A stretch of 63,727 nucleotides of DNA, counting the filler, from Collodictyon triciliatum (lineage: Eukaryota): NCBI GenBank assembly GCA_043381765.1. It is 9 parts of 9 records of this genome, joined end to end, with 100 filler letters (N's around TTAATTAATTAA, not from the genome) between each part and the next. Parts side by side here need not be neighbours in the genome. Positions count along the whole stretch, not along the records: positions 37,522 to 45,190 come from JBHJMP010003793.1; positions 45,291 to 52,958 come from JBHJMP010003794.1; 7 more parts are not named here. One strand, given 5' to 3'. Below, piece by piece: positions 39,181 to 50,700 of the stretch (positions within the stretch are counted from its first letter, which is position 1; each line of letters starts with the position of its first letter). The notes beneath the pieces are model-generated. The model was not told the origin of the DNA. It saw only the letters and a program-made list of their open reading frames with translations, and ran no database searches. A program made the translations under genes and the position numbers.

Positions 39181-42165
39181 TTAGTCGGGGCAGCGGGGGA
39201 GGGCAAAGACCTGGAGCCTGTTGTTGTCGCAGTCGCAGATGTAGAGGCGGGCCATGTCTGGCGCAAGGGCCATGCCGGTGGGCCCGTTGAACTGCGCGTC
39301 GGCAGAGCCCTTTGAGCCGAAGCAGTGGATCTGGCGGCCGGTGTCGCCGTCCCGCTCAAGGTCGAGAACGAGGATGCGGTGGTTTGCAGCGTCGGCAATC
39401 AGGAGCGAGCCGTGCGGGCCAAGGGTCATGTTACAGTACCCGCCGAGCCGCGGAATCGGGAGAGCGCGCAGGAAGCGGCCGGCCAGCGTGAAGATATGCA
39501 GGGCGGCGGCGCCATGGGCCAGGACGGCCAGACGATTGCCCGGCAGACAGACCAGTGCCTGCGCCTGCATCTGCATCTGCATCTGCCCAGTCTCGTCCGT
39601 GGCGCGGTGGGCAAAGGCGCAGACAAAGCGCCCGTCCCGCGTGAACTTGACGATGCGCCGATTCCCCAGGTCGGCCACAAAGACGTTGCCGAGCGCGTCC
39701 ACGGCCGTGTTGTACGGGCTGTTGAGCTGGCCCTCACCGGAACCTGCGCTGGCGTCGGCCGACCCGAGCGTGCCCACGTACTCAAAGTCCCGCTCGTACA
39801 TCTGCACGCGGTGGTTGTTCATGTCGGCGACCAGGATGCGCCCCTCCTTGCTGATGGTGATCCCCCGCGGGTAGTAGAACTGCCCCGGCCCCGCACCCTG
39901 TGTCCCGAAGCTCCGCACAAACGCAAGATCCGCAGTCAGCACCTGGATCCGGTGGTTGTTCTTGTCCACCACGTAGACATCCCCGCTCGCTGGATGCACT
40001 GCAGCCCCCCACGGGTAGTGGAACTGCAGCGGCCCGAATCCGTTGGCGAGCCCTCCGACTTTGCTGCTCATCTGCCCGATTAGCCGCAGATCCACGCGCG
40101 GCCCCGCCTCTCTCCCCTGCGTGTGCACCCACCCGGCATAGAGCTCCTCCTCTTCGTCGTCCTCTATGTCGTCCTCCTCACCGCCTTTGCCATCGTGGCT
40201 CTGGGCGCTCTCTCCGCTCTGCGTGTTCCCATCCTCCTCTGGTTTTGGCTTGCTCTCTGCTGTCGTCGGCCGCTTGCGTGTCCGCTTCGTCTGCTGTTCG
40301 CCCTCTTCAAAGAATATCGGCATTTGACTCGTGGGCTGGAAGACAGCCTGCTCTATCCTCTTGCTCGGTGCTGGAGCCTCACGCTCGAGCCCGGACTGCA
40401 GAACCTCCCGCGCATATGGAAATTGTACAAGAGTCCCATATTGCTGCTGGGCGCTCCAAGCTTGTTGGTACAGCTCCAGTCCCAGTTCGATTTGCGTGCG
40501 GATGCTATACAGGTCTTCCAAATCTAACTCCAACGGCTTCATGATGGATATCTCTAGCTTCTCAGTCTATAGCCGGTCGTTGATGCGGTTCAGTATTGTA
40601 TCAAACTTTTTTTCTACATCGCCATGAGAAATCGTGCTTATAGGCATATGAATCGTGGATATAGCCAATTCATTTTGCTGAGGTTTTTTGTTTTGTACTC
40701 ATTTACATTTATATATTAATTAATTAATTAATTATTTATTATTGTTATTATTTTGCATTCATTTGTCCATTCCATATCGATATACATGCCTTATCCATAA
40801 GTTTTTCCTCCATTTGATTGATTTTCTTGTGATAGTCCACCATTTTCTTACGAATTTGACTTCTAACACTCTCAAAATTATCTTCGACCTGTAAGGATGC
40901 AAAGTGAGTGCTTTCATGCAAACCAATTATATTGGTTTTTTTTTGTAGTCAGTTTTGTATCCAATCATTATTTACATACTCTAAGAAAAAAACCGTATAT
41001 CTACACCATCTTATGGCTTTATTTCTTAACTTATTTTTTTTTGTTTAATCAAACGAGGAAGAGAGGCTCATATTCATAAAAATAACCTCCTTTTTTTAAA
41101 AAGGATGATACATGTATTGTAAAAGGAACTGTATAGGTACTTGCTCCATGCTGTCTCTGACCCTAGCTATTAGAGTGTCCAAATCCTCGATCTTTCTTTG
41201 ACCTTTGGAGCATATCTCTCCCATCCCTTCATCCACCCACTTCAGGCACTCTGAGAATGGGATGTGGGATGACAAATGGGATGCATCGTCATAAGCACAT
41301 TTCAGACAAAGGAATGGAGCGTGGGTGCATATTTTACAATAGTACTCTAGCGGATGTCCTCCATGTTTCGAGCATGTATTTGAAAGAGCCTGGTGGTCGA
41401 TTCCATCTTCCGCAATTTTTCTGCAATTAATAATTATAATAAAAACGATGATAATAGAATTGATTTAGATATTTGCAAGGAAAAAGTTGCATACAAGAGT
41501 AAAAATAAAAAAATGATGTTGCACGATAAAAGAGTAAAAAAAAAAAAAAATGCAATGACTTGCGATAAAATATCACATCAAAACTTTGAACAAACACGAT
41601 ATAACATTTATCAAACATGCATATCTTGAATTGAGGCTGAATACTTTGTGCGATGGAACTTTGTAAACGGAGCCTTCTGGTGGTAGGCATAGCACCCACA
41701 ACACAGAAAGCCGCATCCGTGGAGACATTCTACACTTGCTGGGATGCTACAGCCGTCAAATGCACAGCTTGGTGCAGGCTCCTTTCCCTTCGGTGCCTCT
41801 GCTGCTGAGTCTCCACCCGAACGTGTCCTCCAAGACGGACGTGTCTCAACCTCCGGGAAGCTCAGTGGATCGCCTTTCGGAACCGAAAAGGCCTGATTGC
41901 ACAAAGGACACTGTATTGGCAGAAGAGAGGAAGCCTTCGGGTTGTCTGCATTCTGCTGCTTGACTGCAGTTGCTTTTGGACTGCGCACAGCGTGTGCGAA
42001 TGCAAGAGACTCTGCGTGGAGGTGGAGCCGAAGAATGCACGAAGCACAGACGCCGTGGCCGCAAGGAAGTCTTCTTTTGCACTCTTTGTCGTCCCGGCAG
42101 ATCGGGCAGGGCTGTGCAAAGTTCGGGGTTTCCTTTGTGTCCCGTTCTTCCCGGCACCCTTGCAT
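39181..42165 (-). CDS. RING - B-box - B-box - coiled coil - NHL repeat protein (TRIM-NHL architecture), 4 exons
   Basis: RING: CPIC..LPCGHGVCASC..CPLC. B-box 1: CAFDGC..CLHGCGFLCCGC..H..H. B-box 2: CSKH..YYCKIC..LCLKC..H..H. Helical exon VEDNFESVRSQIRKKM..EEKLMDK. NHL repeats QFHYPWG, QFYYPRG, QLNSPYN and QFNGPTG, each followed by D..N(H/R/N)R(I/V/L). Confidence 0.88.
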
Positions 42166-42835
42166 GGCCTGCTTCTGCCTTCTGCTGCTCTGCTGCTCTG
42201 GGTGATTTGTGATGAATGTGTGTCGATAAGAGGAAAGAAAAGAAAAAGAAAAAGAAAAAGAAAAAGAAAAAGAAAAAGAAAAAGAAAAAGAAAAAGAAAA
42301 AGAAAAGAAAGAAAGAAGAGAAAAGAAAAGAAAATAGGCTGCAAGAATAGTAACACGAGACCAGAATGAAGGGAACTGATTGTTTTTTTTTGGTTACCAC
42401 ACATTCATTCACTTTCTTTTTCTTTCTGTTATTTGGGTGTTCGATAGGCGCGGGTGGCGAGTCCAAAGAGAAGCAGCGCATTTACCCGCATGCCGGCGTC
42501 CTTGCCGAAGAAATGCCAGTCTTTGTTGGTTGTGCGATTTACGATTTGGTTTGGTTGCTGCGCCTGCATCCAAGTACATGCAGCGAGACAATAGATTGCT
42601 GGGCTTTTCAGTGCCTTTGATGAATGTACATCGCCTCTTATTTATTCTTTTAATCACAGTTTTGTCAATCGTTCTCATAATTGATATAGGGATAATCCAA
42701 GCATAAAGCAAGGAATAAGAAAAAGTGTGCAGCGGTCGGTGGGCAAAGCGGTTCGGCGGTGCGATACTTTCTTCCTTACTCTTTCATCCCGCTTTTTTAT
42801 TATTACTTTTTTTTTCTGACGTCGTGAATTCTGGT

Positions 42836-44298
42836 TTATATTTCCTTTTCGCATGTTATTATCAGGGTGTTTTCGGTGTAGACGAAGTGGGTGTTTGTTT
42901 GGTTCTGGTGCTCTAACTCGGCGATTCCTTCTTCGAGCTGCGCGTCAGTAAAGTCGGAGAACACCGACCAGAATCGATTTCGAACCATCGTATACCACCT
43001 CTCCTGTAATAATAATTATATTAAGGACGAAAATCACAGGAGAACATTGCATCATCAAATGCGATGCGAATATTATCGATTTGGTGTTATGCACAAGAAG
43101 CCGGAGAGCTTTGTCGTAAAGCTATCCACATCAGTAAAATGAACCACTATGGTGCGATTGGGAACTGGCACCTTCTCCAAGTGAACCTTGAACTGGATGG
43201 GCTCTACCCTCATCTTGAACCCCGCTTCCTCAATCACCCCAATCTGGGTCAGTGGGTCTATGGCCGTCACTTCCCACCGTCTAATCGATTTTTAGGTGCA
43301 AACCATATGAATTGCAGGCAAATATATAAACTGAATAACGAAATAACAAAATAAACTGAATGGCTTTCGCATGTCGTTTTTTTTTCTTTAAGTATCACGC
43401 CCTTTGGCAATCATCAATATTCATATGGAGAAACAAAGAGAGAAATATACACAAGGTAAGTAAGAAGGTAAATACTGTCTCGCGGCTGAGAATAAGGGAT
43501 GCTCCATGGGCTTGGATGGTCGTGTGGTAATGACGATTCTGCCTCCAGGACTGAGCGACTTGTATACTGACTGAAAGTATGAAAGGCGCTCCTCCATTTT
43601 GATGTGATGCACAACCTCCTTCATCAAAACAGCGTCAGCGTGCTTATCCCCACTTTTCCAGTAGCTGATACCGTCTTGGCAGACAGCCTCAATTCCTTCG
43701 ACACCGACACACTGGAAAACATAAATACAAGAGTTGATGGGTTGAGCAACAAATACAAGACATCAGACAAATTATTTATATGGATTTGCATTTTTATGGG
43801 TTGGTGGGTTTTACATCTTTATGGGTTAATGGGTTTATGGGTTTATGGTACGGGTGTGGGAGATAGGAAGGAATGACATACGTGCTGAATCATGTTTGAG
43901 GAGGGCTCCACACAGACCCACGTCTTGGTGGGCTTTTCGGACATTCTAGTTCGTAGAGCGCGCATGAATGCACCAGTCCCGCCTCCAATGTCGACGAGCA
44001 CAGAGTCTTTTTTCAGGTTGAGACGCTTCTCTACCTACACAAATGCATGCTTGAACATAACAAGACGAAACAGAAAACAAAACAAAAAAATAATCTGATC
44101 TACATAACTACAACACTTCGAAGCATGATAATGGGGTGTAAAGGGATAAAAAAGTGTATATATGCAGACGACGAAGAAGCTCTGCAGAAATACCTCGTCA
44201 AGCAGCCAGTGCTGGTAGTCGCTATTTGGTCGATCGAGGCACATCTCGTCGAACTTGGAGGCAAGGCGCTCGTAGTGGGAGTTTGGGTCTGACGTCAT
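42836..44298 (-). CDS. Class I SAM-dependent methyltransferase, 5 exons
   Basis: Motif I LVDIGGGTG, CVEPSSNM, DAVLMKEVVHH, LSPGGRIVITTRP and MVRNRFWSVFS. TAA at 42836-42838. Confidence 0.88.
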
Positions 44299-45582
44299 GG
44301 CCTGTGCGTAGGGTGCGACGAATCAGGTGTCTTTTCATGGGATTGCGGGTTTGTTGTCGTTTGCGTGTGTTTTAGCACAGGACAACTTTGTTTCTTGGGT
44401 GTGTGGTATGCGATTTGTTGAGTAATCACGAAAAAGTTATATGCTGCGGGTGGCAATGGAACATTCCGACGACATAACCCAGATGTAGCGCAGTACCCTA
44501 GATAGCAAAGATATATTCATGACTATTTTTTACACAATGTATTACATATATTATACATCAAATATGTATTTGTTGTGGTTGTTGGTCATAAATTACAGAA
44601 AATTAAGGTATTTATATATAAATCCCGCATTTATAAAGTGACCACAGGCGAACATTCAAAATTCTGTCTCCATTCTGTCACCTGTCAAAAGCGCCCTTTC
44701 CAGCAAGAAACACAAAGCCGCACGCCACAAAACCCACAGCCGGATCCGTTCTATAAATAAAACCGAGCAAACACCAGATCACATTCTCCATCGCTTAGAA
44801 GATCCTGCATTCCATATCCACCAGCCACACATGCAGAACCACCCGGCCAAACATGTGGACAAAAGCGCACCTATCCCCTCATTGCGTTTCCCACACACCT
44901 TCACATGCACACCCACACCCACATTGACACTGACATTCACATTCATTCCTACACCCTTACTCAATCCCGCGTACACTCACGACTCACAGGAGAGGATGAA
45001 GACTGCGCTGCACGAAGCAACAAGCCGCCTTCTGTCGTGGCTGCCTGGCTGGCGCAACACAAACACAAACACAAAGACAAACGCACCGTCAAATACCGGC
45101 ACGCACAAGACAGCCATTGCCGCATCGCGCATCCGCAAGAGCCACGGGGTGCACGCCTCGCAGCTGGCCCACCCGCACGGCCCGCTCTCGNNNNNNNNNN
45201 NNNNNNNNNNNNNNNNNNNNNNNNNNNNNNNNNNTTAATTAATTAANNNNNNNNNNNNNNNNNNNNNNNNNNNNNNNNNNNNNNNNNNNNAAAACAATAA
45301 AAAACATTAAAAAACATTAAAAAACAATAAAAAAACAATAAAAAACAATAAAAACAATAAAAAAACAATAAAAAACAATAAAAAAACAATAAAAAACAAT
45401 AAAAAACATTAAAAAACAAAGTATTAGAAATTAAATTTGTTTCGGCGCAGAGTAAGTTGTGAAGTGAGCTTCAACAAAGCAAAGCGCATATCCAGTGCTA
45501 TAATTTCTTAAATAACGCTGGAAGAGAATTGCAAAATCAGAAAAAAAACTGAGAATCCTTTATATCAATCTCTGTAATTTTT

Positions 45583-45629
45583 GAGCACACAATCTCTTTC
45601 TCCTTTATTCGAGCACACAATCTCTTTCT
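45583..45629 (-). mobile_element. Possible 9-bp element 3'-tip insertion with a 19-bp direct repeat
   Basis: GAGCACACAATCTCTTTCT occurs twice (45583-45601, 45611-45629) around CCTTTATTC, whose reverse complement is GAATAAAGG. Confidence 0.55.
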
Positions 45630-47706
45630 AATCGTGAGTCTTCATGGCTCAGTGTCTTATCTATGGTTCACATAGCTAATTGACTCTGTCCTTGAAAATG
45701 CCAAATCCAAGTCCTTCTTATGTCCATATTCAGAAAAGTGTCCATTTTCAGAAAAGAAACTACAGGAAGACTCAACTCACCGAAACATGCATCCAGCAAC
45801 TAAATATGATAATTTTGCTCCGTATCAATTCCTTCGTTCACATATTAGCCAAGAAAATAAAAGGTAAATTATAACTTCCTTACGTTAACATTAAATACTC
45901 GCATATTGAAATTATTTTGTGTGATTTAGGGGTTTATCCAAGGTTTTATCATGTATTTTTTATGTAAATGATATCATTGATATTTAAATCATACAATCTG
46001 GAAGGAGACAATCATTTATTACATATCTAAATAAGTACTGGAACAAAAAGTGACCGGTTAGAAATAAAAAGAAATCTAATTATTATATACATTTCCTTCC
46101 TGGTTATTACAGCCTACAAAGTTGTCTTGAGTATAGTGATATGATATCTCAGTATATTTTTTCTTTTGATATTTCATCATTAAACATCGGTCTTCTTTGG
46201 TTAGGTCATTTTGGCGCTGGGTACTGAATGCAGATAGAACTGAGCTGCAAATCTCCTAAACGGCCAAAAATTATGTAAAGTCAGTGTGCCTAGAACGAAT
46301 TCAGTTTTTTGTTCAAAAATCACCGCGATAGTGAATGGAAATGAGTGGAAATATTTTTTTTTTTATTGAAAATCTGGCTTCACTTATCCAACCTTTCAAA
46401 ATGTAAATTACAAGCATCAATATTCCCAACATAGGTTCTTATTTCTTTTCGAATTCAATTGATTATGTACATTTAAGAACGTGATAATTTAATGAGAAAT
46501 TTACGAACAATTTATCCACAAGAATTATTTTCCAACAGTCTATATGTGTTATTTTATATTTTCATCTATTATAAAGTGGAAAAAGTACCGTTTTAATTAT
46601 AAATAGATCTAAATGAAAAATCGGGAACTTGACTGAATTTAACATTTCTTTATTTTCTTAAGTATAATTACAACCAAATATTTGCATTTAGATTTTCACT
46701 AACAAACTAATATTTTAACATATTATATTATTTTCATGAGAGTATAAGATTAATGTCTTCCAATTACGATGTTTGAATGCTATTCTACTGACGCGATATT
46801 AGCTTATTTTTAATTTTTTTATTCACAAAAAAATATGAAGCATCGAAACTTTGACGATAATATACCAAAAAGCTAAAAATTTATCCAAAAACATCATCAA
46901 AGAGAAATTTAATTGTTACAATGAACAATTTTTAATGGAATTAAGCAATCATTTGTTGTATGAATATTTTACCTATCTGATACTTTTAAATACCACTACT
47001 TTATTCCAATATATTGTAGTAAAATGCAAAGTCAAAAGATATCCATACAATCACATATTTTATTTGAACTCTGTACGAAAATTCCTTTTAAGTTTTTATC
47101 TAATAGTGGCTGACTTTAGTGTACTGATATATTCATTTATGTCGAAAAATCAAAATAGGAACAATTCATAAATTTTTCTTGCATTCATATTATTTTATAT
47201 CTACAGTTGATTTTGTCTTCAATTTAAAATATTGGGTACATCTAACTATATGCTAAATTACTCTTATTAAGCGACTAATAATGATTCATTTAACTATTCT
47301 GACAAATTATTAAAGAAAATTTATTTCATAATATATAATTGCATGATAAGAATAACAATATTCGTCAAGCGACATGACATGATGAATATATATTTGAACT
47401 AATTTGATATGAATCTATGAAATCATTTGTAATTCGTTAATAAAAAATAAAAATGAATAAATATCATATGAAAAAGAAACAATCTTCTAAACTGAATTAT
47501 TATTTTAAATGTTAATTATAGATATCAAACCTAAATATTTTAAAATTAAATGGTTTATTGAAAACCGGTGCTTAATTGAAAGTAAAGTAAAATGATGTAG
47601 TTGAATGGCTTGAGCCTTAAAAATGAAATTAATCAGAAAAAGAGCATAAAATATCATCTAGAATCGTTTTAATATATCCAAGGTTTAAATTCATTTTTGC
47701 ATTTCC

Positions 47707-50700
47707 ATGATAGATGAAGAGCACAACATTCGGTCTGTTGCATGTTACTTTCCTCGGTTTGTGATTTTTTCTATGAGACATAAATACTTTTTTCTAACTC
47801 ACTTTATTCTAACTCACTTTATTCGCATAGGCCTCATTTTTCTCTGCAATCTTTTGCTATCCACATGCCAGGTTTCGTCGATTTACACAGTTGGAACTGG
47901 CCATACTAATCTGGTATATAGTGTTGCTTTTTCTCCGGATGGTTCAAAGATTGCTTCAGGGGGATGGGATTCGATAATTAGAATATGGAATACTTCTGAT
48001 GGAAGGCAGATTCACACATTGATCGGGCATACCTATTACATCAGTAGTGTTATTATTACTCCTGACAGCTCAAAAATTATATCTGGAAGTTATGATAACA
48101 CAATAGGCATATGGAACATTTCAGATGGAAGTCTTAAACTTATGCTAGCAGGCCATTCCAATGATGTTTTAAGTGTTGTAGTTTCCCCTGATGGCTCCAA
48201 AATTGTTTCTGGAAGCTGGGATTTTACAATAAAAGTTTGGCATATGTCGAATGGAACCATCATAAGAACTATGATTGGTCACACTAATCTTATTCGAAGT
48301 GTTGCAGTTACTCCAGATGGTTCAAAAATAATCTCTGGAAGTGGAGATAAAACAATAAAAAATTGGAAACTGTGTGATGGAACTCTGATTCGAACATTGA
48401 TTGGGCACGAAAATACTGTTCGAAGTGTGGCAGTTACTCCAGATAATTCAAAAATAGTCTCTGGAAGCGAGGATAAAACCATAAAAATATGGAATGTTTT
48501 CGATGGGATTTTGATTCTAACATTGACAGATCATACTAGTAGCGTTAATTGCATCGCTATATCTCTCTCTGGTTTGGTATTCGTCTCGGCAAGTAGTGAC
48601 AAAACATTAAAAATTTGGAACTTGTCAGATGGCCAATTAATTAGAACAATAATTGGTCATCTCGCAACAGCTTATAGCGCTACCTTCAACACCGATGGCA
48701 GTCTAATTGTTTCAGGAGGTAACGACCGAACGGTTAGACTCTGGAATTTCTCTGACGGAAGTCAAATTTACTCAAGAGGTTTCATCATTTCAAGTATATC
48801 CACATCACAAACAAAATCGATTACAGTTTCTGGACACTCCGACAATCAAATCAGAATCTGGAATCTATCAAATGGGCAGTTAATTCGTTCTCTTTCTAAC
48901 CACTCCAACGTCGTCAATACAGTCATCATAACTCCTGATAATGAGAAAATCATCTCAGGAAGTGCTGATAAAACAATCAAAATTTGGAACGTTGATGACG
49001 GGTCTTTGATTAGAACCATCCAAGTCCATTCTGATTCGGTGAATAGTATCACAAACAACGCAGACGGGACAATAGTTATTTCTGGAAGCAGCGACAAAAC
49101 GATAAAAATAACCAATATATTGAATGGAAGTGTGCTTAAGACGCTTAGTGGACACACAGGCTCAGTTACAAGTGTCGTTTTAACTCCAGATGGCTCGAAG
49201 GTTGTTTCTGGAGGTACTGATAAAGCAATCAAAGTCTGGAAAATGACCGATGGAACTCTGATACAAGATGTGAGCGTTCATAGTGATACTGTCAATTGCG
49301 TTTGTATTTCACCAGATGGAAGCAAAGTTATTTCAGGAAGTAGCGATAGAACAGTGAAAATAACGAGTATTCTCGATGGTGGTTTGATTCGCACCCTGGG
49401 TGGACACACGGGAATAGTCAAATCCGTAGCAATCTCTCCTGATGGAGCAAAGGGTGTATCGGGAAGCGGTGACTCCATTATAAGAATATGGAATTTCCAT
49501 ACAGGAACAACAATTCATATTATGAGCGAGCACGCGGCAACGATTAATGGAATATCGATGTTGTCTGATGGCGTGAGGTTTCTTACTGCAAGTGACGATA
49601 CAACGATGAAAATGTGGAGTTTCCCTGATTTCAGTCTGATTCTAACAATCTCAGGACATACTAATACTATCAACAGCGCTGTTTTGAGTCCAGATAAATC
49701 GAAGATTATATCGGGTAGCAGTGATAGCACAATCAAAATATGGAGTTTTGTTGATGGGTCTCAGACTCTTTCGATAAGTGGACATTCTGGTGCTGTGAAC
49801 TGCGTTTTAGTCTCGGCTGATGGTTCAAAAATCGTGTCAGGAAGCAGTGATAAAACAATCAAAATGTGGAATTTCTCTGACGGAACACTAATAAAGACGT
49901 TTGATGGACACGCATCAGCCGTAAGAAGTGTTGTGATATCATCGAATGGCTCTATGATAGCATCCGGAAGCGATGACACTAACATTAATCTTTGGAGAGT
50001 CTCAGACGGTACTTTGATACGTACTATGGTGGGGCATACCAAGGGAATTAATTCTGTATTCATCTCACCCGATGCTACCAAAATTATATCAGGCAGCGCA
50101 GACTTCTCTTTAAAAATATGGAGCTTATCAGACGGTGCATTGATAAGAACGCTTACTGGTCATGGAAACTCTGTCAGATGCGTGATAGTCTCTCATGACG
50201 GTGCGAAAATAATCTCTGGTAGCAGCGATAATACAATCAAAATTTGGAATATATTTGATGGCTCATTAATTCGGACACTCACCGGGCACACCAGCTCGGT
50301 AAATGGCATTTCAATATCAACAGACGGAACGAAAGTGTATTCTGGAAGCAGTGACAAATCAGTCAAAATATGGTCACTGTCAGATGGAAGAGAAATTCGG
50401 ACACTCTTGAGCCATACAGATTCAGTCAATAGTGTTTTCGGAACTCCTGATTCCAAAATCATATCAGCAAGTACAGACAGATTTATCAAGGTCTGGAGTC
50501 CGTGTCAAGGAGGATACTTCTTCAACCAAGAGTCGAATACATGCGAACAGTGTGCGGCCGGTTCGTACAATAACGGAAACGAGCTGACCTCATGCATTCC
50601 TTGCCCAACAGGAACTTACAACCCATCCACAGGCTCCACGAGTCTGAGAGAGTGTATTTTATGCGACGAGGGCTCTTTTAATAACCAACTAGGACAATCA

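Noticed and set aside
39254-40544. Long plus-strand ORFs over the NHL exon, and alternative-frame ORFs over Sel1 and the Cys repeats
   Set aside because: Shadow ORFs caused by GC-rich or repetitive coding sequence.
40567-40650. Possible TAG readthrough or recoding (..INDRL*TEKLE..) in TRIM-NHL
   Set aside because: The TAG works as a phase-0 splice acceptor, and TAG is a normal stop in Exo70.
44996-45190. Possible gene start MKTALHEATSRLL
   Set aside because: Truncated by the contig end and has no domain evidence.
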